Assembly: GCF_009914755.1 (NCBI RefSeq) | Contig: NC_060926.1 | Direction: 5' to 3' (one strand) | Source: the human T2T-CHM13v2.0 reference genome, Homo sapiens | DNA length: 64,000 bases | Shown: piece by piece, positions 1 through 12,141 of the stretch | Numbering within the stretch: position 1 is the stretch's first letter | Layout: every line of letters starts with the position of its first letter | Program-made: the position numbers and the translations under genes | The notes under the pieces: generated by a model | What the model was told of the DNA's origin: nothing | The model's input: the letters and a program-made list of their open reading frames with translations, nothing else | The model's database searches: none

Positions 1-374
1 GTATATGTCAGTAGGTGTTTAATGCATGAGTACATGCATGTGTATATATGGATACAAATCTATAATGAAATTATACTAGATACAGCTATACTATTTAAAC
101 ATTGTGTGAAATTTTTGAAAATTATTTGGAAACCCTACCAACAACAGAGTTCTAGAAGTTACTCTGAATCCAAACCAAATAAAATCTTATAACATTATTT
201 TCTTCCATTGTATTACCAAACTATTTAAAATGTGAAGAATTTTGCAAATGGGTTATTTATTCATTTATTTATTTATATCGTTGAGTAAGAGGATCATACC
301 TATAATCTCCTACAAAGGCTACTGGCCTACTGTTCAGGAATCCTGAGTAATTCTCCTCACCTTAATATAAATTT

Positions 375-424
375 TATCTATATATCTGTATATCTATATC
401 TATATCTATATCTGTATCTATCTA
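375..424. repeat. (TATATC)n simple repeat
   Basis: Directly visible. Confidence 0.85.
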
Positions 425-634
425 TTCCTCACTCCTCTCTGTCTCTTGAGTATTTTAAACATCTTTCCCCTCTGGCTACCTCCTTGCAGCCCAGGACATA
501 TTCAAGTCTGGTTCATCTATAAAATAAATCTAAAAAGCTCCACTCCACTCTTGCTCTTGCTCTCTACTGTAAGGTCCCATGTTTGAAGGAGGCTTTCTTT
601 TAACTGTCAAGGTGTTTTTTAAAGAACTTGCCTA

Positions 635-963
<329 letters not shown>

Positions 964-1430
964 GCTAATTTTTTATCACCTACCTATTTCCCACTCTTTC
1001 CCTCAATATAACTACTAGAATTCAGTGGATAATTTTTAGATGTTTGTAATTACATCCTCTGTAGTTTTGACATGCTGATCACATGTTTCCTAAAGAAACT
1101 CTCTTCAATCTTTATTTCCATGTTGTTATTCTTTCCTGGTCTTCTTACTCCTCTGATTGTATTTTTGTGTGTGTGTGTTTGTTTCCATTTTGTCCTCTTT
1201 TCCCCCTTAACATTTGGGTTTATCAGAATTCTACACTTTTTTCTTATCTTTGCATTCCACAAACTGCTTGGATTAATTTATCTATCCCCATGTCTTTCAG
1301 GGCTTATTTGACAAGGACTCATATATTATGTGTATACCTTCAAGACAGACCACTCTTCTGTGTTATAAAATAGAAAACTGTAAGAATAATACTAATGATT
1401 TTTAAAGTGCCTAACAGGACACTTTAAAAA

Positions 1431-1472
1431 GTGTGGTGGCTCATGCCCGTAATCCCAGCACTTTGGAGGCCA
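1431..1472 (+). mobile_element. Short Alu 5' fragment
   Basis: GTGGTGGCTCATGCCCGTAATCCCAGCACTTTGGAGGCC, ending abruptly against MLT1 sequence. Confidence 0.75.
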
Positions 1473-2660
1473 GCAACCATTTTTTATGTCCATAGTTTCT
1501 GTAGGTCAAGAATCCAGGTAAGGCAAAGTGAAGATGACTTGTCTCTGCTCCACTATGTTGAGGGCCTCAGTTGGAACTCTCACAACTGGAGCTGACTCAC
1601 GTGGCTGGGGACTGGAATTACCCGGAGGCTTCTTCACTCACATGTCTCATGGGGTAGCTGTGATGACTCAAAGTCTGGGCTCCACTGGGGCTGTTGACAG
1701 GAATCAGCATGTGACATCTTGTATTAGTCTGTTTTCATGCTGCTAATAAAGACCTACCTGAGACTGGGTGGTTTATAAAGCAGAGAGGTTTAATGGACTC
1801 ATGGTTTCACATGGCTGGGGAGGCCTCACAATCATGGTGGAAGACAAAGAAAGAACAAAGGGATGTCTTATATGGCGGCAGGCAAGGGGGCTTGTGCAGG
1901 GGAAGTCCCAGTTATAAAACCATCAGATCTTATGAGACTTATTCACTACCACAAGAAAAGTATGGCAAAACCACTCCCATGATTCAATTAACTCCACCTG
2001 GCCCTGCCCTTAACACATGGGGATTATCACAATTCAGAGTGAGATTTGGTGGGGACACAGTCAAACCTCTGCATGCGACTTGGGCTTTTCACTGAATACC
2101 TTCTGGGTTCTGAATGTGCCTCATGACAGAACATTTGGAGAGTAGGCAGACAGAGCAATGCCAGAGTGTTTTTCTTTGCACCATGATGTCTGGGGCATCA
2201 GATCAGAGACTCAAACAGCTGGAGATGACTTGAATAGCTAGGGATTAGAATGCTTTGGAAGCTTCTTAACTCGCATGGCTGACACCTGGGCAAAAATGAC
2301 TCACAGGTCAGGCTCAGTTGAGGGTGCCCACTGGAGTACTCACAGGTGGTCTCCATGTGGCTTTGCCTTCTTCACAGTGCAGTGGCTGTTTTCTGAGAGG
2401 GAGCAGTCCTAGCTGGAGGGACTGGAGGGGTGTTACACAGGAACTGAGTGGAATGAGCATGGCCTTTTATGAACCAGCCTCAGTAGTCAGGAAGCATCAC
2501 CTTCTCTGTGTTCTATAGTTTACATATGAGTCACTTAGGCCAGCCGAGATTTGAAGGGAATTAGACTACAACTCTTGGTGGGAGAATAGTAAGGGCCATT
2601 TCAGAAAAATATGGGGAATGAGAGAGATTGTTTCTTCCATTTTTGCAAAAATAGATACCC
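1473..2660 (-). mobile_element. MLT1-type MaLR LTR sequence, internally duplicated and interrupted by THE1
   Basis: MLT1-like motifs (GGAGGCTTCTTCACTCACATGTCT, GGCCTTTTATGAACCAGCCTC). 1540-1700 resembles 2180-2330. Boundaries approximate. Confidence 0.65.
1720..2068 (-). mobile_element. THE1 solo LTR (ERVL-MaLR)
   Basis: Begins TGTATTAGTCTGTTTTCATGCTGCTAATAAAGAC and ends GGGGACACAGTCAAACC, the reverse complement of the THE1 LTR. Confidence 0.85.
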
Positions 2661-2670
2661 CAATACCCCT

Positions 2671-2782
2671 AACTGAGCCTAGCTTTTGAGTCATTCTTGC
2701 CCAGGTGTCAGGCATGTGAGTAAAGAAGCCTCCAGAGCATTCTAATCCCTGGCTATTCAAGTCATCTCCAGCTGTTTGAGTC
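2671..2782. repeat. Inverted copy of 2208-2319
   Basis: 112 bp, ungapped, 11 mismatches by manual alignment. Confidence 0.92.
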
Positions 2783-3370
2783 ACAATTATGCCATGTGCT
2801 GAACAGTTTTCATGAATTACCTCTTGGAATCCTTATATCAATTCTATGAAATAGTTAAGAGTTTTATCCTTATTTTAAATTTTAATATTCACTAATTTTA
2901 ACAATGAGAAAATGTAAGGAGTATTTCCATCTAGATAACATACTTGGACTAAACCAAGTCTAGAGTAATTGATTTTTATTGTTGTTCTACATCTTATCCT
3001 TACATTTTACCATTTAGTGAGTGATATGACCCCATATACTAGGCTGCTAAATCTGAATTCGTAGTTCATCATTGTTCCAACTCTCTCTTCCGTTATTATC
3101 ATCCAATTTCATTAAATAACTATATTCTATGCATCTCCCTCTCCATTTTCACTGCTATTACTTTATTTGAGGCTTTTTTTCATTTCTTGAGTAGATTTTT
3201 ATACATCCTCAGATAATCTTGTCTCTGGTCTTGACCCATTCCAATCTACTTCTACATGGGCACCACAGTGATCATTCTTTAAAAAACCTAAATCAAATTG
3301 CCATACTCTCTTATGTGAATCTCTTTAGTTCCTGTCACTGCCTTCAGAGTAAATCCCACATTTCTTTGCA

Positions 3371-3432
3371 TGGGCAAGAATGACTCAAAAGCTAGGCTCA
3401 GTTGGGGGTATCGGGGTATCTACTTTTGCAAA
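3371..3432. repeat. Inverted copy of 2642-2703 inserted in an L2-like relic
   Basis: 62 bp with 3 mismatches, followed by a 14-bp fold-back of its own left flank. Confidence 0.92.
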
Positions 3433-4680
3433 GAAATGTGCATGGCATGCAATGTTGTCATTTCTTCCTCTAGGTCAGGGACTGAGTGAAGATAACTGGG
3501 TGTAAATAGAGTGTACGTAGTGTTAGAGGCGATGGAGCCTGTCTCTATGTAAAAATCACTTCTTTGCATAGAGAGGGCAGCTCTGTGACCTTGTGGATAT
3601 CAGGGCCCAGCTTTGCAAGACTTTCTATTTTATTGAGAAGCTGAATATCTTTATTTTTGTGTGTTTTTGTGTATTTTTAAACATGGTAGCAATTAAAAAC
3701 AACAACAACACCTGTAGGCAAATAAAAGAATGTCTGTGGCTCACAGTCAGACATCACCCTCCTACCTAGGTCCCCTTTCCACTTCCTATAACTCCTTTTG
3801 ATCATGGCGTCACCAGCTCTATGGTGCTTATTTTTATAGGATTCTGCCTTCTTCTCTCAACTGTATGTTCTTTAGAGGTTGGGATCTTATTGTATTTGTG
3901 TTTGTATCACTGTGTCTGTCATAGAATGAGATACTCAATAAATATTTGTTGGATGTATAAATAATATTTATGAAAGCATTTTGGAAATGAATATATTTCT
4001 AGGTATACTCAGCAATTACAAGTCCAACTTCATTTAATAATCATCTCTCCAAAACAAAAAGCAGGGAGAGGCTAACATTAAGCTATGGAAATCCATAAAA
4101 GTGAAAGGTACCAAAACAAATGAAAAGGGAGATAGGTAGACAAGGGGTGAGAGCGAATTCCAAGTCTTCCTCACGTTATTCCTGTGCCTTTGCTGGACTT
4201 GAGCTAAAGCCTGTTTAAAAGTCTACAATGTCTAAAATTTCTAAGACTGTCCACACTGGGCTGTGATTGACTGTGTCCCCATGACACTCCTATTCCTGGG
4301 CTGTCCATTGAGCTGTTTCCCCAAAGTGGCATCAGTAAAGACCTACAGTGCCTCGGCTCTACAAATCTCTGTAGCTCCCTCTCTCTGATGTCAACTCACT
4401 GCTATAGCATCATGGCTAATATGGACTTGCTACAAACTCTTCATGGGTTTATGGCTTTCTTTAGTGAAACTGCCTCAACAAGAATAGAGATTAAACATAA
4501 TTGAGTGACTACTCAGGAAAATTATACATTAAAAAATAGTGTCTGCATGGTTAGAGAAAAAAAATACTGAGTATGTAACACACTAATAATTCTTCAGTTC
4601 AATTCAGCACTCATATACACTCTACTGATTGATATGAGGATTCTAGAGTAAGTCAAAATTGTTAGAGTTAGTGAAGATGA

Positions 4681-5082
<402 letters not shown>

Positions 5083-7004
5083 TTAAGCCTGATAGAGATT
5101 GCAAGTATTTTATACTTAAGTGCTGTGGGAATTCAGATTTTAATATGAGATTGCAATATAGTGAGCTTAGTCTGGTAAGGCTTCTTATAGCTGTAGATCT
5201 GAAAAAATATCATATTTAAAATTGCATGGTTGAACTTATAGGACATTCTGAAAGAGTTAAAATATGGCTAATAATTTCCATGGGGGAAATTTAATTTAAA
5301 TGAGCACTTGGAAAGAGTGGTTCATTTCACTTATATTACTGGGATTCGACCACATTTTATAGATAGGCCTCTTTGCCTCAATTAGGTATCAATGGTTCAG
5401 TAATAATTTAATATTAATATGAAGGTTTTGGAGTTCTCCAACAGGTTACATTGAATATAATTGAGATAATTCTATGAAAGCCCAATAATATTGTCACTCT
5501 CCCATGCATCTGTTTTCTTTGATGGAGGAAATGAATGAAGTTACAACTAGAATTGAAGGAGGACATACAAGGGAGTGCATCTGAAATGTGACTGCCAGCA
5601 TTTGGGTTTTAAATAGAAGAGACAGAAAATCATTGCATTAGGGCTAGAAATCTTTTCAATGGACTCATATCTAGATGATATTGTATTTTTTCTGCTTTTG
5701 TTCATTATTGTATTTCCAGCATTTAATGTAGTCATGTGTAATACATATTTGCTTTTATTTTTGATGGCATTTAGTTAGCCAACCAATTGTTAAACAAAGT
5801 CACGTCTCATATATCTGCATAACTTTCAAGATTCATGAATTCAAGATATTTAAAACAAAGCCTGGAATAGAAAATACATTAAAAAGTTTAAAAATTTGCT
5901 TTTCCCTCTCCACCCCTCTCCTCTCTTCCCCTTTCTTTCCCTTCTCTTCCCTCAAAGAAAGCACTTGTTAATATCAGGTAACAATTAAAAAACAAGTATT
6001 GACAGTTATCAGATAAAGAAAAATAACTCTAAAAACAGTCATAAGAACTATGTATCTATGGTATTTGGAGGCAGTTACTATAGCAAGAAATACTAACAGC
6101 AAGGTGTAGGGCTTGAAAGGGTGAGCCATAGTCTTTTGGAAAATTCAGTTTATTGGAACACCTTACGTTTCTTGATAGTATTAGATAAAGCCTAATTGGA
6201 CTTATTTAGTAACTACTAGATGACGAGCATCTTGCTTGTTATGTTTATGTTTAAGATAGGATGGGATTTGCAGTCTAGGAGAAGAGGCAAAAGAAACACA
6301 TAGGAAATTATTATAGAATAACATAAAACTATATATAATTAAATACCAGGAGAGGGAACAAATTGAGTGATTCTTCTTGTGTGGAGAATCTGAAGGTCTC
6401 TTTCTAAGGAGGTGGAATTAGAGAATGAATATAATTTGGGTTAAAAAAGGGAGCGGGGAGGCAGGATGGCTTCCAGGGAGGTAGGGGAGGCCACAGAAAG
6501 ACTGGTGGTAAGGTGAACTGCGGCAGCCTGTAGGAGGGTCTTGAGGAATCATGCAAAGTAGGGCAAGATAGATATTATAGTGTAAAATCAGGAAGGCCTA
6601 ATGGCCTATTTTCCTAATGTTTTTCCATCTTTACTCCAGTATCACTTACTTTGAAGAGAGACTATAGTTGTTGCTTGTTCTAGAGGCCTTTTTAATCTTT
6701 AATGATTGAACCCATTACTTTTAAAGAGCAACGGAGAGGATTCCTTTTTCAGTCAGTTTGGTGGTACAACATCCAACTTTAGGCTCTCCTTTCTATATTG
6801 ATATCTAATTTGCAATGATTGAGTATCTTGATTAATAGTATCCTAGTCATGCTACTTGCTTCTCTTTCATTCATATACCACGTCATCTTAAGATCTTTTA
6901 CCATGGAATTGATGTGGTCAGAACCTCTAACCACTGCGGAGATTCTGTTGACTGCCACTGACTTCTCTACTGGCCTTATGTTATAGTGGCCATCATGATG
7001 CTGT

Positions 7005-7235
7005 TGTGATTAAAAGCCCAAGCCCTATGCAAAATTGCCCGGGTTTGAAACTGGGCTTTGCCATATATTAGCTGGATGACCCCGGACAAATTATCTAAAC
7101 TCTCTGACTCCCGATTACCTAATTTTAAATTGAGGATAGCAATAATATCTACCTCAAACAGTTGTCGGAATAAATTAATGCAGATAAAGCACTTAGAATA
7201 ATTCCTGGCACATGGTATCATATAAGGGTTAATTA
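7005..7235 (+). mobile_element. MIR
   Basis: Degenerate MIR core and 3' end (AAAGCACTTAGAATAATTCCTGGCACATGG). Boundaries approximate. Confidence 0.75.
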
Positions 7236-9034
7236 TTACTCTTGTCTCTAATAGGGATAAAAAAATGTGCACTTAATATTTAGGAAAATTATACCCCCCA
7301 TGCAAACTCTATATTAACATTTTTTAGATTATTTTACATTTAAGTTGCATTTTAAGTAGTTCTTCAAGTAAGAATTTAGCTTTAAAAGGACTTCAAATAC
7401 CTTTTAACACAATCTCTCCTCTAGTGCCATAGCAAAAGGCCTGGTGTGGAGTAGACTATAGTATCTACTCAACAAATATTTGCTATGTGAATAAATAAAG
7501 TTGCAAAATACTAAACATTCAAAAGACATGTAGGTAGTTATTATGATAAATAGAGTTATGCTTCATTCTTTAAGAATACAGAGAGGTGAGTTTAAACCCA
7601 ATGTGGAGAACAGTAAATCTACAAAGGCTTCCTAGAAGCAATGATACTTAACTGAATCTTAATGGACACACAGGAGTTGGCCTCATAAAAAACAAGAAGC
7701 TTAAAGGGTCTAGATAGCCCATTTACAATATTGTCTCTGATCAACCTATTCAAAATAGGGCAATTAGTTAATGAGAACCATTTTATTGGTATTTATACCA
7801 AACACATATATGAAATTTCACTTTATCACCTATTATTCTAAGTGGAATCAAATTATTCCAAGTAGATAGATATTCTTAGTGATTCTGGTTGAAAATGTGT
7901 ATGTTGAAGCCTTTTGAAAAATCTGGCTGAAAGAAAAATAATAGCTATCTTTTATTGAGTGATTCCGTGCTGGCCTTGTAATGAGCTCTTTTCAGGAATT
8001 GAGTAATCTAAACCTCACAAGAAGAAAGTTCTCCTACTGCCCAAACTGATAAACTTGGTAAGTAGCAGAGCTAGAGCTTGAACTCAAGGTTGCCAAGTGC
8101 ATGTTCTTAATTATTACATTATGTGAAGTTTTGTATTAACTCCTCACTAAAAATACTGTCTTGTCTTGCTTTCCTTTTATATAATTTGAAGATATATTCA
8201 AAGAAATAACTTCATTAATGATATCAATTTAGATTTTATTTCTGGAGACTTTTGTAAACTGTTACATAAAATGTAATTTATAAATTTCCCTTCGACACTA
8301 CACGGATAAACTCATCACAAGATTTCTTGCTAGTCAGCACTGTTCTCCACTAAAAGTGCTTTCACATCCACATCTTTGCTTTTTCCCCTAGTGAATATAG
8401 AAAACTACTTCAATAATGCATATTCCTTTCTATATTCCTTCAACAGAATGTTGCCTATTTAAATCATTAAGATGGATTCCTAGTACAGAATCAAAATTTA
8501 AAAAATAAAAACTTCAATTGTAAATACCTGGAATCATAGTCGATGTCTAAATATATTAAGTACATCCAAAAACATATTTACAAATCTAGTATTCATCACA
8601 TAATGCCTCTCAAGAAAGCAGAGATCTCAAGCAGTTTCATTTTCACACTTCCTTCATAAAAGTATTCGAATGCATGAAGGCCATCTGGCTATGTTACTAC
8701 CTCCCCTTTAACATTAACTAATGTGGCAATCAGGCTAGTGTCCCACTGTTCCCTGACCACTAGCCAATATCAACCCTCTGAACATTACCCACTTCATGCT
8801 TTTTTCAAGTCCTTATCTTTACATACATTTCTACTGTTGACAACAAGCCATAATGTTGACTACCATTAGGTTTCTACTAATGTTTTCCAGTCATATTCTT
8901 CCAAGTCAGAGAATGTAACTGGCTCCACCAGGAAATAAAATAGAGGTCATTGAAGCAGCAGTGACTTCCAAGCTGTTTGCTAAATTTAGCAGCACAATAC
9001 TTTCCACTCTAATGAAAACTGTGAACTGCAATTT

Positions 9035-9210
9035 TAGAATGTTGGAACAGGATGGGACTTTAAAGGTCATTGAGTCCAATCCCCTCATTTTTCTGATGGA
9101 AGTATGGAGGCCTAGACGTAGCCAGTAATTTTCTGGAGGCCACAGAGCTTGTTAATTATGAAGATGGAACTCGAACTAAGATCTGCTCAGCCCTGCAGTA
9201 ATGCTGCCCT
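9035..9210 (-). mobile_element. MIR3/MIR relic
   Basis: GGGACTTTAAAGGTCATTGAGTCCAATCCCCTCATTTTTCTGATGGAAG resembles the MIR3 core. Confidence 0.6.
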
Positions 9211-9449
9211 CACTACACCACAGATGCTCTGCCTCCTAGGATGAGTTTAAACTAACCAGATCTTATAGCATAAACATAGCTGATATTATTGGTTGTGGCT
9301 TACCCTCCATGGCCATTCAACTGTTTCGTGGCTGAATGTGAAATAGCAAAGGTATCTGACTTATAAGTTGCTGAGAGAAATGATTCCATACCTAAACCCT
9401 GCCCCCAACTCTAAAAACTTCCTGCTTGATGTTCATCAATAATGAATGG

Positions 9450-9895
9450 CCCATCCCTGCAATACTCAGAGGGAGCTTACATTGCACTTTTGAGCAGCCG
9501 GTTAGTAATGTACAGTGGATAGAGCCTTTCTTTCAAATCCCAGGGCAGTGGGTCCTTCAAGGCTAGCATTGCATTTTCAATTAGCTGCTGAGTGAATGCT
9601 TGGCATGTGTATTAGTGAAGAGGCACACAATTAGCGTATTGTTCCTTTCTGTATTGTGCTGAGAGGATCCAAGGGATTGGTGGGGGAACAGGCAAGCCAG
9701 GCATCACCGTGGATGTTGAAGAAGGGGGTTACTCAAACCTCGGCATCTTCACTTGCTCGATCTGGAATTACAGCTATTTATTACGAAGCACTCTGTGTGG
9801 CTTAGTGGAGTGTGTCTGAGGAAACACATCCCGGACACCACTTAGGGTTAGTCTTTCTGAGCTCTTCACATCTCTGACTAATTATCATCATTACC
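9450..9895 (+). promoter_or_regulatory. Probable non-CpG-island promoter / 5' UTR of PPP1R1C
   Basis: Repeat-free, higher-GC stretch directly upstream of the start codon, with TATA-like TATTTAT at 9775-9781. The TSS cannot be placed from sequence alone. Confidence 0.5.
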
Positions 9896-9976
9896 ATGGA
9901 GCCCAACAGTCCCAAAAAGATACAGTTTGCCGTGCCTGTATTCCAGAGTCAGATTGCACCTGAAGCAGCAGAGCAG
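9896..9976 (+). CDS. PPP1R1C: PPP1R1C coding exon 1 (MEPNSPKKIQFAVPVFQSQIAPEAAEQ), containing the KKIQF PP1-docking (RVxF-type) motif
   Basis: Optimal Kozak ACCATGG at 9893-9899, in-frame upstream TGA at 9875-9877, 81 nt ending at the donor CAG|GTATGT. The peptide matches the inhibitor-1/DARPP-32 family N-terminus. Confidence 0.96.
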
Positions 9977-11602
9977 GTATGTGAAATTGCATGGAGAACC
10001 ATTCCTGTACATAAGGTAATATGAACATGCATTCTGGTTATTAATTGAAAGGTTCTTTACCTTTTGATTTTGCTAACTCTGACTTTCAAGATAATGTAAA
10101 CAAGAAATAAGTTGGTTTTTACACATACTTGTATTTAAATTGCATTGGGAGAACTATTGTCTAAAATGTAACACTTCATTTGATACAAAATTAGCACCTC
10201 TGAGGGGAAAATGGCTCTGTAAGCAATTCAGATATGGATTCATAAATCTGTTCATTTTTGCTCATTAAAATAACAGTTTCAACATTTAGAGCAACTTTTA
10301 AAAATTATCAAAATGAGCAACATTTTATTTCATTTTTTATAAAATAAAATGATTGATTTAGCAATAAAATCATTAAATCCTGCAATAGTTTGAGACTATA
10401 GGCCTAATACTTTATTTTCATATGTTTTATTATTGTGGACACAAAACAATGATTATAAGTTTATATAATATATTACAGCTAGGATTTGTAGCTTTTTGTA
10501 CAGTTTTAAAATCGTTTTGTTCAGACATTACAAACAGTGTTTTAACATTTCCTAGATTCTTTGTCCATGTCTAATATTGGTTTACATCTGTATCACCTTT
10601 CATATTCAGATTTACTTAGATTCTTGATGCAATGGCATCTCTTAGAACTGCAACTGTGAGGAGGCAAAAGCAAAGAAATTTATGAGGACATCAACCTAAT
10701 CCATTCATTTCTTAAAACTTAAATTATTCTTGAATCCTTTTCCAAGTATTTGATATAAAGTCTTAAAAATAATTATTTAATCCGTGACTCATAGTGTTTC
10801 AGGATGTTTTGAAATCTGAGGTAGATGCACCTAGACTCAGGCCAGATAAATGTATCCTTGAACATGTGTCTATCCATGCTGAATGGGATGTTGCTTCTAT
10901 CTTGGACAGGATGTCATTGATAAATTTTATTATCTATCCTACTGACACTTACTTTGGGTATTTACCCATAAATGAATATAATAAACAAATAAAGGATATT
11001 ATATTCAAGGGATTCTGACAATACTATGCTCCTGTAACTCTTAAAATGAAAAAAAAAAACTTTAGAGTTTGTAATAAGTTGCATATTCTCATAAGATCCA
11101 TATTTATTCTTCATTTGTTTATTTGTTCTAAATATTATACTAGAAAATAAAAAAGTTAACAAAATTAATTGAAATTCAAAGCTTATGCTGTTGATTTAAC
11201 TCTGGTACCTGCTAGAAATAGGTTTCCAAGCTCTTCCTTATCCTGTTTAAAAATAAGGGTAATGAATCTTGAAAGCACCACCAATGTTATGAGGCTCCAA
11301 GCAAGCCACTAACATTATCAGGTCAACCCTGTACCTTCACTGTAAATTAATTTTCTGTTGTATCATTCAGTTGTATATAATTATTTCTTTTCCGTGGAAA
11401 TGTAGCTTTTTGGTCAAAGAGGGTGATACTTCTATCAGACAGTTCAATTCTGTGGCTTTCTATTATTTCAAAATAAAATTAGTGAGCACCTTCCATGTGT
11501 CCTCCAGAAATTTGCTTTTGCATGTGGGGAAAAGATGAGGGTGAGACAGCTTTGCAAGCTGCAGAGTAACCTGGAGCAGTGTCTAATACTCACTGATATT
11601 AG

Positions 11603-11623
11603 CTGGGCTTTTGTCGTTCACAG
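11603..11623 (+). CDS. PPP1R1C: Alternative in-frame 5' extension of exon 2 (LGFCRSQ)
   Basis: A second acceptor, TAG| at 11600-11602, lies exactly 21 nt upstream with an open frame CTG GGC TTT TGT CGT TCA CAG. Branch-like CTAAT/CTCAC motifs at 11583-11593. Confidence 0.65.
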
Positions 11624-11684
11624 ATCAGGAAAAGAAGACCTACACCAGCATCACTTGTGATTCTCAATGAGCATAACCCCCCAG
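11624..11684 (+). CDS. PPP1R1C: PPP1R1C coding exon 2 (IRKRRPTPASLVILNEHNPP + G), containing the PKA site RRPT (Thr34)
   Basis: Acceptor TTCACAG| at 11617-11623, donor CAG|GTAAAG at 11685. It joins exon 1 in phase 0 to give EAAEQ-IRKRRPTPA, the family signature. I found no later exons in the window. Confidence 0.96.
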
Positions 11685-12129
11685 GTAAAGAAGCATGATG
11701 TGTTTCACACTGATGGAACAGAATGGAATTGTTTAAAGAACATCAAAGTACATGTCGTACTGAAAAGTTTCAATTTAGGATTTCACAGTTAGCAATACTC
11801 TAGAAAGCTAATCTATAAAATGGATCGTAAACAGAATCAGAAATAAATATTACAGGAATAATCTCAAGCCACAGCCTGTATTTCCTCTAGAATATCATAA
11901 GTGATGATATGCTATGAAATATTTTGCTAGCACTGGCTGTCATATGTTCAGGTGTTTGTATGGAACCTGGATTACTGCTTATTAATGAGGCTGGTGGAAA
12001 GCTGTTTAATTAGGTTTAAAAGCTCAAATTACAGCCCTAGAGATGCTTATATCTTTACAGAGTAAGTTTTTTATATGGAAAAGGTTGACATGGGGTGGGC
12101 AATGACCCAGCGTTGGCTTCAGCTTTGCT

Positions 12130-12141
12130 GATGACGTCATC
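12130..12141. promoter_or_regulatory. Palindromic CRE/ATF site GATGACGTCATC
   Basis: Full TGACGTCA at 12132-12139 inside a perfect 12-bp palindrome, in repeat-free sequence ~450 bp after exon 2. Confidence 0.5.

Noticed and set aside
1050-1373. Three overlapping short ORFs, one hydrophobic
   Set aside because: T-rich low-complexity sequence; no recognisable protein family or splice structure.
9772-9783. Possible MEF2 site GCTATTTATTAC
   Set aside because: Does not fit YTA(W)4TAR on either strand; kept only as a TATA-like element.
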